Source: Heteronotia binoei (Eukaryota). Taken from it: a DNA stretch of 64,000 nucleotides. Both the position numbers and the translations under genes were made by a program. This document shows, one piece after another, positions 38,101-48,405 of this stretch (position 1 is its first letter; every line of letters starts with the position of its first letter). Below the pieces are notes generated by a model that searched no databases, was not told the origin of the DNA, and saw nothing but the letters and a program-made list of their open reading frames with translations. The DNA is taken from positions 434,001 to 498,000 of the forward strand of contig NC_083241.1 in assembly GCF_032191835.1 (NCBI RefSeq). Direction: 5' to 3'.

Positions 38101-41100
38101 AACCAGCTTTCCCTGTTGCCAGGAAGGGGACTCCCTCTGGGATGAGTGGGGTCCTGTTCCTTGAGAACGGGGGGCTCTTTAATGGTCTGGAAAAAATAGA
38201 CTGTTCTGGGCTGCTTCCTAGTCTATGAAGGTTTCAAAAGTCCCTGATGGTTTTCTAGGCCAGATTCTTGATCTTTGCATTCTTAAACCAGACAGAAGTG
38301 TCGCCTGCTTTGCATAGTGGAATAAGAACACAATCTAACCTCTGGGTTATCCGTCTCAGCCATGCTAGCTGTTGTGCTCAGCCTCCGTTTATTTCGTCGA
38401 TGGCAGCCTGGGGCACTGTGGACTGAGCTGCTGCCGCCCCTCCCAATTACTCTTCTTTCAGAAACCTCCAAGGAGCTGAAGTTGCTGCTCAAGCAGCTGT
38501 TGGAAGCCCTGGCCCGGGAGAGCATCTCTTCCTACGGCCGCGACAGCATCCTCAACTTGCTGATCACGGTGGTGCCCCGGAAGTCGCTGCAGGAGCCCAA
38601 CAACAGCCTGACCCTGTGGGTCATCGACCAGGGTAGGAACTTGGGCATGGTGCAGCTGCCCCACCTGTGGGGTGCTTCCTGGGCTCACCCAGCTCTTGTC
38701 CTTACAGGCCTCAGGGAGATCCTGGCGGTGGGGGGCACAGTGACCCACGTGCCTGGCAGCCTGCGGGTGACGGAGAACAGCCACATGAGTGCTGCTGTCC
38801 TGCTCAGCAAGCTCTTTGGGGACCTGAAGTGTGAGGTGGAGCGGGAGAATTTCCACCTGCTCTGTGAGAATTGTGTCAGGTAGGAGACTCTGGGGCCAGT
38901 GGTGCTGGTGCTGATGGTCAGGCTCCCAATGGAAGAGGAGGATGAAGGCAGTTGGGAGCAGCAGTCCTTTTTACAACTCATTTCCCCTCCTCTACTCTGG
39001 ATGTTTTGGAATGTGTATCCTCTTTTTAGGTTGCATCCTTAATTAGACAGATCTGTTGCCAGCCATTCAGTTGCTTGGTAATTTTTTCCTAAATCAAGCT
39101 TTTGAATATAACGCGATGTCAGTTTAGTTCAGGGGTGCCCAAACTCGAGCCACATGTGACCCTTTCACACATACTGTGTGGCTCTTGAAGCCCCCGTCAG
39201 CCAGCTTGGAGAAGGCATTTGTCTCTTTAAATCTCTTCTCTAAGCCAAGCCAGCCAGCAGCTTGGAGAAGGCATTTAAGGTTAAAGTTGCTTTCTTTCCA
39301 CCCCTTCCTCCTTTCTCCCTTTCCTGTTTGCTTAGTTAATGGAGGTGGGGTTGTGAAGACTTGGGTTGCTGAGGGGTGCCTAAGGGTCAGTTGTGCTGCA
39401 CACCTTTGTTTTGCAAAGGGCTTCAGAATTGTGAATTTCTTCGCCTAAAGAGTTGGAGTCCTTGTCCGTCACAATAGGCTAATTAAGGATGCATCTTTTC
39501 CGTTCCAGGGGCTGGTTCCAGGACGAAGAGCTGCCGGGGAAGCTCCAGGCTATCCGGGCGGTGTCGTGCCTTCTGCAGGGCCCCTCTGAAGCAGGGAATC
39601 GGGTGCTGGAGCTGAGCGGCATCATGGACAGCATCCTGTCCTTGTGCGCCTCCTCACGGGAGGCCGACCAGCTGGTGGCCGTGGAGGCCCTGATCCACGC
39701 AGCAGACAAGGCGAAGCACGCTTCCTTCATCACCGCCAATGGCGTGACGCTGCTGAAAGAGATCTACAAGCACAGCGAGCGTGACAGCATTCGCATTCGT
39801 GCCTTGGTGGTGAGGGGGGCGGAGTCAGCAGCCGGTGGGAGGGGGGTGCTGAGGGGGGCGGAGTCAGCAGCCGGCGGGAGGGGGGGTGCTGAGGGGGGGC
39901 TTCCCCAGCCTCAGCAGCTGCTGTTCTTTGCAGGGCCTCTGCAAGCTGGGCTCGGCGGGAGGCACGGATTTCAGCATGAAGCAGTTTGCGGAAGGCTCGA
40001 CGTTGAAGCTGGCCAAGCGGTGCTGCAAGTGAGTGCTCCCCCCCCCTCCCCCGGGGCTGCTGTGGCGGATCCAGCAGAGAAGAATCAGCGCATTCGGCAG
40101 CACCAGTGAGCTGAGAGGGGGGCCCGCATTTTGTGCTCTTGTCTCCCAGGTGGCTCTGCAACGAGGCCATGGACACGGGGACGCGCTACTGGGCAGCGGA
40201 GGGCCTGGCCTATCTCACCTTGGATGCAGATGTGAAGGAAGAACTGGTGGAGGACCAGGCGGCCCTGCAAGCCCTCTTCCAGCTGGCCAGGGTATGGCTG
40301 CAGGGGGCGGGGCTGTGGGGTGCTGCTTGGGGCTGCAGGGCTTCCTGCCTCTCCCCCTTCAGGCCTCAGAAGTGGCTGAGAAACCCGGGATTCTAGCCCA
40401 GCTGCAAGCCCAGTCTTGTCAGATCTCGGAAGCCAAACAGGGTCGATGCTGGCAAGTACTTGGATGGAGGCCTCGGAGGAACACTGGCAGGCAGGAGGGC
40501 GTGGGGGGGGGGGCTTCATTCAGCCACTTCCCCTGTGTGACACTGGGGTGGACTGGATGGGCCATTGGCCTGATCCAACATGGCTTCTCCTGGGTTCTTC
40601 TCCTCAGTCACCAGAGGCACCATGACTTCCAAGTTCTTGTACACCTACCCACACCCATGCACGTAAAAGTACAAAAATAAAATGGCAGATGTGGCTGATG
40701 GTGGGGTGGGGTGGGAGTGGTGTTCTTGCAAGTTGGCCTTCCTAGGCTCATCCCCTCTTCTCCCTCCCTCCCCCACCCCTGCAGTCAGAAAACAGGAGCG
40801 TGATGTTTGCGGTGTCATCTGCCCTGGTGAACTGCACCAGCAGCTATGACCAGCAAGAGCTGGACCCCCAGATGGTGGAGCTGGCCAAGTATGCCAAACA
40901 GCACATCCCCGAGAAGCACCCCAAGGTGTGACGAGAGGCGGCCAGCGGGTGGAGAGGGGGGCTTCCGGGCAGGGGAGCGCTAATGCCGCCTTCTCCGTTC
41001 GTGGCTTTGCGTGTCTGCCACGGAGGGGCCCCGACACAGAGCCTGCTATTGGGCAGCTGAGGGAGGGTGGAGTGCTGACCTCTGTGGGCCCTGACCCCGT

Positions 41101-42914
41101 TGCCTGTGACCGTCAGGACAAGGCAGAGTTTGTGTGGAGGCGCGTGCGGAGGCTGCTGGCTGCGGGGGTGGTGTCGGCTCTCAGCTGCATGGTGAAGAAC
41201 GAGAGCCCTGCTCTGAGTGCCTCCTGCCGAGAGCTCATGTCCAGGTGAGGTGGAGCCTTTCTTCCCCCCTCTGCTGCCAGGCTGGAGTGTCCCCTCCCCT
41301 CTCCTCGGAAGAGCATTCTGGTGCTTGCCATGCACTGACCTTACATCCTCTGTAGCTGAAGTCCTCCTTGCATGCCACCTCTCTGGTAGCTGCGAGGGGA
41401 CCCTCTTTTTCTCCTAAGGGGGGGGGGCCAGGCAAGCACCTCGGGGGGTTCTCCTCTGCCACCTGCTGCACTGGGCCCTTGAGGGGAGGGGCCAAATACA
41501 AGCACGGACAGGAATCTTCCAGGCACACGGTGGGGGCCGGGCAGCAGGGATCCATCTTCCACGTGTCTCTTCTGTGTCTCCTCAGGGTGTTCCTGGCCCT
41601 AGTGGAGGACCCAGAGGACAGAGGGGTCGTGGTAGCCCACGGAGGGGGCAAGGTAAGCCACGGCCCTTCTCCCTGCTGCTGCTGCTGCCGCCTCGTATGC
41701 CCGGAGTGATGCCTCTTCTTGCTTCTCCCTTCGCAGGCTCTCATCCCTTTGGCCCTGGACAGCACCGAAGTGGGGCAGAGCAGGGCAGCCCAGGCCCTCG
41801 CCAAGATTACCATCACCACCGCCCCGGAGATGGCCTTCCCCGGCGAGAGGGTCCGTGTGGGCTGCAGGCTGTGTGTGTGTGTGGGGGGGCAGGGTCTTTG
41901 GGGGCCCACGCTTGCTCCACTTGTCTTGTGGGGAGTGGGCTCCCTGCCCGGCTGCTCAGCCCTCCCTCCCTTCCTCCCCTGCAGGTCTACGAAGTGGTGC
42001 GGCCACTGGTGGGCCTCCTGCACTTGAAGCGCACGGGCCTGGAGAACTTCGAGGGGCTGATGGCCCTCACCAACCTGGCGGGCACCAGCGAGCGGCTCAG
42101 GTGAGGAGGCCGGCCGAGAGGGGCAGGCGGGCCCAGGCGAGGGAGCGGCCTGACCCTGTCCTCCCCGCAGGCAGAAGATTGTGAAGGAGAAGGCGGTGCC
42201 CATGATCGAGGGCTACATGTTGGAGGAGCACGAGATGATCCGCCTGGCGGCCACTGAGTGCATGTGCAACCTGGCCCTCTGCCCGGAGGTAGGCGAGCGG
42301 CCGGCTGAGCGAGGGGGCGGGTGTGTGTGTGTGCAGGACGGGAAGCTGTGAGCCAGTACTGACTCCCATGCAGGTGGCTGAGCTGTTCCTGGCTGAAGGG
42401 AGCGACCGGCTGAAGCTGGTGGTGCTGTACAGCGGGGAGGAAGACGAGCGGCTCCAGAGGGCAGCGGCAGGGACGCTGGCTGTGCTCACCTCCTTGTTGC
42501 CCCAGATCTGCCCCCGCATCCCCCAAGTGGTGAGTGGGGCCCTGCACACGGCCGGGGGGCGGGCAGGGACGGCTGCAAGACTGGTGCTGGAGAGGGGAGC
42601 CTAGCTTAGCTGGACATTCCCCAGCGGCTTCTCTTTCCCCTCCCCAGACGACCCATTGGCTGGAGATCCTGCAGGCCCTGCTGCTGAGCTCAAGCACGGA
42701 GCTGCAACACCGCGGCATGGTGGTGGTGAGGAACATGGTCCTGGCGGAGAAGGAGCTGGCGGAGAAGCTGGTGGAGAGCGAGATGCTGGAGATCCTCTCT
42801 GTCCTGGCCGGGCTGGAGAAGGAGAAGCCCCAGGTGGCCCCGCTGGCCAAGGAGTGCCTGGCCCAGGCCGTGGCCTACGGCTTGATTCAGCCCAGCCCCG
42901 GGGCTGGGGAGTGA
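35168..42914 (+). CDS. UNC45A: Protein unc-45 homolog A (TPR plus UCS myosin chaperone), complete CDS, 19 coding exons, about 940 aa
   Basis: Exons: 35168-35359, 35450-35486, 36580-36755, 36846-36938, 37418-37585, 37676-37844, 38462-38632, 38708-38879, 39509-39809, 39934-40028, 40150-40291, 40785-40925, 41117-41244, 41586-41652, 41737-41850, 41985-42100, 42171-42288, 42374-42529, 42648-42914. Sum 2823 nt is in frame. Motifs [60 protein letters not shown]. Synteny favours A over B. Confidence 0.96.
35530..36200 (+). repeat. Minisatellite made of the SINE 3' half (six units, periods 98, 98, 108, 108, 108), UNC45A intron 2
   Basis: The anchor CTCTCAGCCCCACC recurs at 35564, 35662, 35760, 35868, 35976 and 36084. 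The array ends in a normal SINE tail GGGATATAAATCCAATATCTTCTTCTTC. Confidence 0.9.
37895..38105 (+). mobile_element. Older degenerate Squam3-like SINE
   Basis: GGACTCTGATCTGGAGAG..GTTTGATTTCC (B-box-like), then CTCTCAGCCT.CCTACCT, then GTAAGCCGCTTTG. Confidence 0.6.
39131..39464. mobile_element. hAT/Charlie-like MITE remnant
   Basis: Starts with CAGGGGTGCCCAAACT. The right end is degenerate (AGTTGGAGTCCTTG) and no clear target duplication is seen. Confidence 0.45.
39811..39900. repeat. Short tandem duplication (about 39-40 bp, two copies plus a partial) at the start of UNC45A intron 9
   Basis: TGAGGGGGGCGGAGTCAGCAGCCGGYGGGAGGGGGGTGC is repeated. Confidence 0.8.
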
Positions 42915-44136
42915 GAGGCCGCCCACTGACACACAGGCACCTCCTTCCCCAGGCTGGGGCTGCTCTTGCTGCTGCTGGGAAAGGGACCATGGCCTCATCT
43001 GGGGTGGGTTCCGGGACAGGAGGCCCCTGCAGCCCGGGGATGGGGGCGGGGTGGATGAGGCCCACCCCAGAGGAGCTGCTGTGGGTGCGCGTGGCTGGTG
43101 GTGGGAAGCCTGCTGCCGCTGATGCCCCTCTAGGGCCCGCTTGCTGCTTCCGCCCTTCTCTTCCATTCCTGCTCTCGCCATGGGGGGACAGGGCTCTCCT
43201 TTTGGACCAGGCCTCTCGGAGGCAAATAGGACCACAGGTAGCAAATATGGGTTAGAATAACCACCTGTCCTTTGTGTGATGCCTGTTCAGTCATCAGTTA
43301 TCAGCACTGCTCTGATCGACTCTGTAAGCTCTACAACTTAAAAGTACAGGAGTGAACTGAAGTCTGTGTCTGTCTCTGTCTGTTCCACATCTCTACTAAA
43401 GGGAATGCCGGACCTTCTTTATGGTGGATGCGGAGGGATCCTCCACCACACTTCAAGACCAGGCCCGCCTCTGGGCCTGTTCACCCAAGCAGTTGCACTG
43501 AAGTGTGACCTTGCTGTGAAGCAGGCACTACATCTTCAACAACAAGCCAGTAATTAAGGAGTGGGACCTTGCTGGCTGTTTGAGTGCTTTTGGGTGAGCG
43601 CTCCCTACTGCCTGTCCCATGACGGTCTAAACTTCCCCCTGTGATGGTTCCTTTGAGCACAGTTCCTCAGAGGGGCAGCTTTGGGGAAGTCAGCCCTGTG
43701 CCTTGCAGCAAGGGGCCCTGAAAACGATCAGTCCATGCCTTTCTATTTTAACAGCTGCCCTTTTTCTTTCTTTCTTTTGAATATTCAGAAGGGAAAAAAT
43801 TATAAGTCTTTTTTTCTTTTGGTCACCGTTAGAACTGTTGTTTCTTTAACAGGTTTATATCTTGGCTTGTGTTCTAAGCACAGATGCAGGGCCTTACAGT
43901 AAAAAAAGGCAAGTTTAAAATATTAAGCACAGCATAGCAAAGAAAATCCACGACTGTCAAAATAATGCAGCACCACTTTTTAAACCATGAGGCTGTCTGT
44001 GGCTCACTAGCTTGTCTCCAAAGCACCCAGGGCCTTTGTTTCTACTCTCTGGAAGGCATAAAGAGCTAGCGCTTAACTCCCTCTGGGACTAGGGAGTTTG
44101 TTTCATCTATTTACAACTGATGGCAGATAACAAAAA

Positions 44137-44142
44137 ATTAAA
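44137..44142 (+). terminator. Possible UNC45A poly(A) signal (ATTAAA)
   Basis: Variant hexamer in an A-rich patch about 1.2 kb after the stop. I saw no AATAAA before the RCCD1 promoter. Confidence 0.35.
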
Positions 44143-45347
44143 AAAAATAATGCAATATAGAAACTACAAGACATGCAGCAGCCAGTGCAATGAAATAGTG
44201 TCAAAGTGACCAGTGCCTGAAGAAAGCAGTTGGGTGTTGGGATTTAGAACACAGGGCCAGCAGAATAGAAGAATCATTGCAAGGAGCACAACTGTGGTCT
44301 GCAGCTCTTCAGCAGAGCCCGCCCCCACCTGTGGAGTTTCCCCTTCACAGCTGCTGCATTTGGTTAGTCTCAGAGCTGCTGCCAGACCCTGGTACAGATG
44401 GACGGACACGCCCGTCCTCCTCTTGACCCATCCCCCTTACAGGAATGCCCCCTTGAATAGTCTCATTCTGCATCTTCGGTGCAACACTTAAGCGTGCGGA
44501 GAGCCTTCCCCCGACTTCTTCAGTAGGGCCATTCCCCAAGATGGACTTCACTGCAGGGGGCTGCACAGCCATTTTGACTGGGAATTTTAGTCGGCCAGAG
44601 AAATGGCAGGAAGCAAATCTTTCAATTGGTAGCAAAACTGCCAGCCTCCTGCTGTGAGCTTGGTGCTCTTGGGCCTCAGTTGCTGAGGGCTCTTGGTGGG
44701 AAGGGCCAGCAGTTGCAACTGGAGCCAGCCAGAAAGGGGGAGCCAGGCTTGAAGGGGAGCCAAACACTTGGCATTGTTCTTGCCTACAAAGTTGACGCCA
44801 CCCCTCTGCCCAGGCAGCTGGCAAATTCAAAAGCCACCTTAGCCGTCAAAAATAGATGGGGTTAAAATCAAGCTGAAAGACACAGAGAGAAAACAAAATA
44901 GGGCCGGAAGAATCCCCTGAAGGAAACAGCAGTGTGTCCAGAGTGGGTCCTTGTACCCCTTTTGCCGGCTTGTTCCAGGGTGGTCCCTGATGTGTTGCCC
45001 TGCTTCGAGGGGGGCATGTCCTGGGTGCAGGAGCCAGCAGGTGGGTGCTTCGTGTACCCTGGAGCCCACCAGGGGGGAGCCAGGCCTTTGAGCTAGCAAC
45101 GCTCTTGCTTCCTGCATTTGCCTCCAAGTGAGTAGCAATCTTTCCCCGCTGCCAGGCGCTCCCAAGGGAGACGCCGAGGGGCCCTTCGGCTCTGCGTTTG
45201 GGCCAAGGCCCAGTTCCCGTCCCCACCCGCGCCTGAAGTCCCCAATGGCCGGCGGCTGGCGGAGAGGTGCCGCTGCGCCCCCGCTGGCTGTTCCGGGGAG
45301 GGGAGGGCAGGGCGGGGCGGCGCTTCTTGCCTCCTTCCCTGGCGGGG

Positions 45348-47850
45348 ATGGCGGCGGCGGCGGGCGGCTGGTTCTGGGTGGGCTTCGGGGCGGCGGAGGG
45401 CGTGGGGCCGGAGCCGGTGCTGCTGGGGGCCCCGCCAGAAACGATCCGGGCGCTGCGGCCCAGCTGGAGCTTCGTGGGGCTCGTGGAGGCGGCGGGTGGG
45501 TGAGGCGAGGCAGGCGGGGCGGGGGGCTGCCGTCGGCGGTGGGGGGGCCGGCCAACCCTTGCTCCTCTTTCCCGGGCAGGGGGCGCGCGGCTGGTGGCGC
45601 GGCGGGGGAGCGGGGCGGCGTCGGCGGCGGTGCCGGGCGGGGCGTGCCGGGACTTGGTGGCGTCGGAGCGGCACGTGGTGGTGCTGCGGGAGGCGGCGCT
45701 GGAGGCCTGGCGAGTGGAGGGGCCCGGCGCGGCCTTGCGCGCCCAACAGCCCGTCTGGCGGCGGCAGCTCAGCGCCCACGAGGCGGCGGCCGCAGGTGAG
45801 CCTCGCGGGCGGGCGGGCAGGGAGGGAGGCGCCGCTGCCCCGACGGCCGCTGCTCCTCGCCGGCCTCTCCTCTTCCTCGCTCTCTCCTCCCCGCAGAGCT
45901 GCCGCTGGTGGCGGGCGGGTACGTGGAGCCGCGGGCGGCCTCCTTCTTCCGGCCCCTGTCGCCGGCCCTGCGAGCGCGCCAGCTGGCTCTGGGCCACGAA
46001 CACGCGCTCCTCCTGGCCGCAGCAGCCCCCGACGCCGGGCACCTCTTCGCCTGGGGCGCCGGCAGGTCAGCGGGGACGGCGGGGCGGGGGGGGCGGAGAG
46101 GGCGGCTCCGGCCTCGGCCCGCTCCAGCTCCCCCCTCTCGCTCTCCGCAGGCACGGGCAGCTGGGCCACGGAGACCTCGCGAGCGCCGCAGAGCCCCGGC
46201 TGGTGGAGGCCTTGCAGGGGGTGCCCCTGGGCCAGGTGGCGGCCGGAGGCTGGCATTCCGCCGCCGTCGGGGGTAAGCAGCTCTGGGGCGGCCGGGGGTC
46301 TTATTCGCCAGGGGGAGCAGCCGCCCTCGCCCCCCGACTGGGAAGGAATCCCCGGGAGGGGGCAGAAGGGGGCAACTCTAGGAGGAGGAAGCGCAGCCCT
46401 CCACTCCCTTGGAAGCCTCCGAGGTAACCGAGCAGAGGGGAGCTTTTTGCCCTTCAGCCTCTAGGGTGGCACTGACGGGCAACCGATGGCAGAGCAGACC
46501 AGGGCGGCCGCCCTCTGAAACCCCCCCGGGGGGGGGACTCCCCACCCACCCAGCCGGCAGCTTGGCTCCAGCCTGGAGAGTTCCACAGCTCAAACACCCG
46601 CCCCAGCTGGTAGCCCTTTTCCCTTCCCTTGATGCCCAGGCCCTGGGGAGGAGGCAGGCTTTCTCTGCCCCGCATCCCATTGTCCAGTCTCCACAATTTG
46701 CCGCTCCTGCTCTGGGGTTTTGTCTGGCAGAGGCCGGGGAGCTCTACTTGTGGGGCTGGAACGAGTCCGGTCAGCTGGGGCTGCCTGCCAAAGGGATGAT
46801 GGGAAGCCCTGGCGGGGCCACCACGGCTGAGGCCCAGTGCAGCAGAAGACCGTCTGGCGGTAAGCCTGGCCAACACTGAGAAGGGTGACGGGGAGAGCAT
46901 TCTTGTGGACTGTGTGGTGAAAGGCAGCCTCCTCTTAGGGTTGCAGGCACCGCAGGAGAGCCCCCCGGCTGCCTTCATTTCCATCCAGGCCTTCCCTGCT
47001 CTGCTGGATATGCCTGAAGAGGCAGACGTCAGCAAGGTCAGCTGCGGATCCCGTCACACAGCAGCCCTGACACGTAAGATGCAGCTGCACTGCACCAATC
47101 CTCCCCAGGGCCTGGGCCTCAAGAAGGAAGGGGAAAGGGCTGCCCAGCTGGGGGGATGTTTGAGCCGTGGAAGTCTCCAGTCTGGAGCCCCAGGGTTCCC
47201 CCCTCCCTTCCCTTTCTCTTCCAGAGCTTCATCCATGTTTAGTCCTCATCCTTGGACCATTCTTGTCTCTCTTTTAGGAACTGGGGAGCTCTACACATGG
47301 GGCTGGGGTAAGGCCTGCCGGCTTTTTGGTGCTGCTCTCCCATCTCCCCGAGAAGGGGCTGGTGGCTTTTCTTGAGAGAACCAGTTTGGGGTAGGGATTA
47401 AGAGTAGTGGACTCTCATCTGGGAGAACCAGGTTCAATTCCCCACTCCTCCCTGTGCAGCCATCTGGGTGCCCTTGGGTCAGTCAGATCTCCTGCCTCAC
47501 AGGGTGTCTGTTGTGGGGAGAGGAAGGGAAGGTGACGGGGAGCCACTCTGAGGGTAGGGTGGGGTGGGGTATAAATCCAGTGCTGCTGCTTGTTCTTTCT
47601 AGGTAAATATGGGCAACTGGGCCACAGGAACACAGCTACTTGCGACAGGCCCACGAAAGTCTGCTGCTTTGAGGCCTGGGGCCTTGGGGTGGCAGAGGTG
47701 GTGTGTGGGCCCTGGACCACCTTTGTTCTTGCCCTGCCTCTCTCTCACCCACAAAGGCACAGCTGCCAAAGGGCAGAGCACCCAGAGGAATCCTCAGCCT
47801 GCCCTCCAGAAGATGCCAGCGGAGCCTTCTTGCCAGCAGGGGCACCCTGA
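45348..47850 (+). CDS. RCCD1: RCC1 domain-containing protein 1, complete CDS, 8 coding exons, about 398 aa
   Basis: Exons: 45348-45495, 45580-45795, 45897-46065, 46151-46272, 46731-46859, 46939-47073, 47278-47307, 47603-47850. Sum 1197 nt is in frame. RCC1 repeats [63 protein letters not shown]. Exon 1-2 and exon 6 boundaries were chosen by phase. Confidence 0.92.
47375..47600 (+). mobile_element. Squam3-like SINE filling most of the last RCCD1 intron
   Basis: CCAGTTTGGGGTAGGGATTAAG head, B-box GGTTCAATTCC, CTCACAGGGTGTCTGTTGTGGGG body, and a GGTATAAATCCAG tail running into the acceptor. Confidence 0.8.
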
Positions 47851-47990
47851 CCAGAGTCGGAACGGATGCAGCAGCTGGAAAGCCACCCCCCCCCCCCCAA
47901 AAAAGACAGTGCATACCCAGATCAGCAATAGAGCCATTCTTGCTTTATTTTATGCAGAGAGAAGCTACAAAACACTGTCTAATAATTCAT

Positions 47991-48002
47991 TTTATTAATA
48001 AA
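47991..48002. terminator. Palindromic two-strand poly(A) signal for RCCD1 (+) and PRC1 (-)
   Basis: TTTATTAATAAA is its own reverse complement: AATAAA on + at 47997-48002 and on - at 47991-47996. A second minus AATAAA lies at 47944-49. Confidence 0.7.
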
Positions 48003-48405
48003 GTCTTTAGTCTTCTTTACAGCGGATGCAGGGTCCGTTGCTTTAGCAAGCGATGTGGGAGGGAGGAAACAAAAAAGGCATACCAATAAAGGGACATACT
48101 AATAAATAATGAGGGGCTGTAGTGAACACAAAAGTGCATATCAGGCCATGATAAGCCATAGCAAAGGAAGGCCCTGCAGGCTGCTCAGGCTCGCAGCGAG
48201 AGAGACTCCAACTCCCTGCAGCCCAGCCGGGGGAACCAAGAGGACTGTATTGTCGTTTTTTAAAACACCCAAATCTTTGCCCTGGAATTAAAACAACGGC
48301 AGCGGCCCCTGCGCCTAGGCCTGGTTTCGAGTTTGGTTGGGGAGGGGGCAGCTGAGCTGGAGGGGGAGCTGCTTCCTTGTGGGGGGGGCCCCTCTTCCTT
48401 CCCCT

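Noticed and set aside
45500-45505. Stronger-looking GTGAGG donor for RCCD1 exon 1
   Set aside because: It gives the wrong phase. GTGGGT at 45496 preserves the frame.
46944-46946. TTGCAG acceptor for RCCD1 exon 6
   Set aside because: It gives phase 0 whereas the upstream exon ends in phase 1. The TTAG at 46935-38 keeps the frame.
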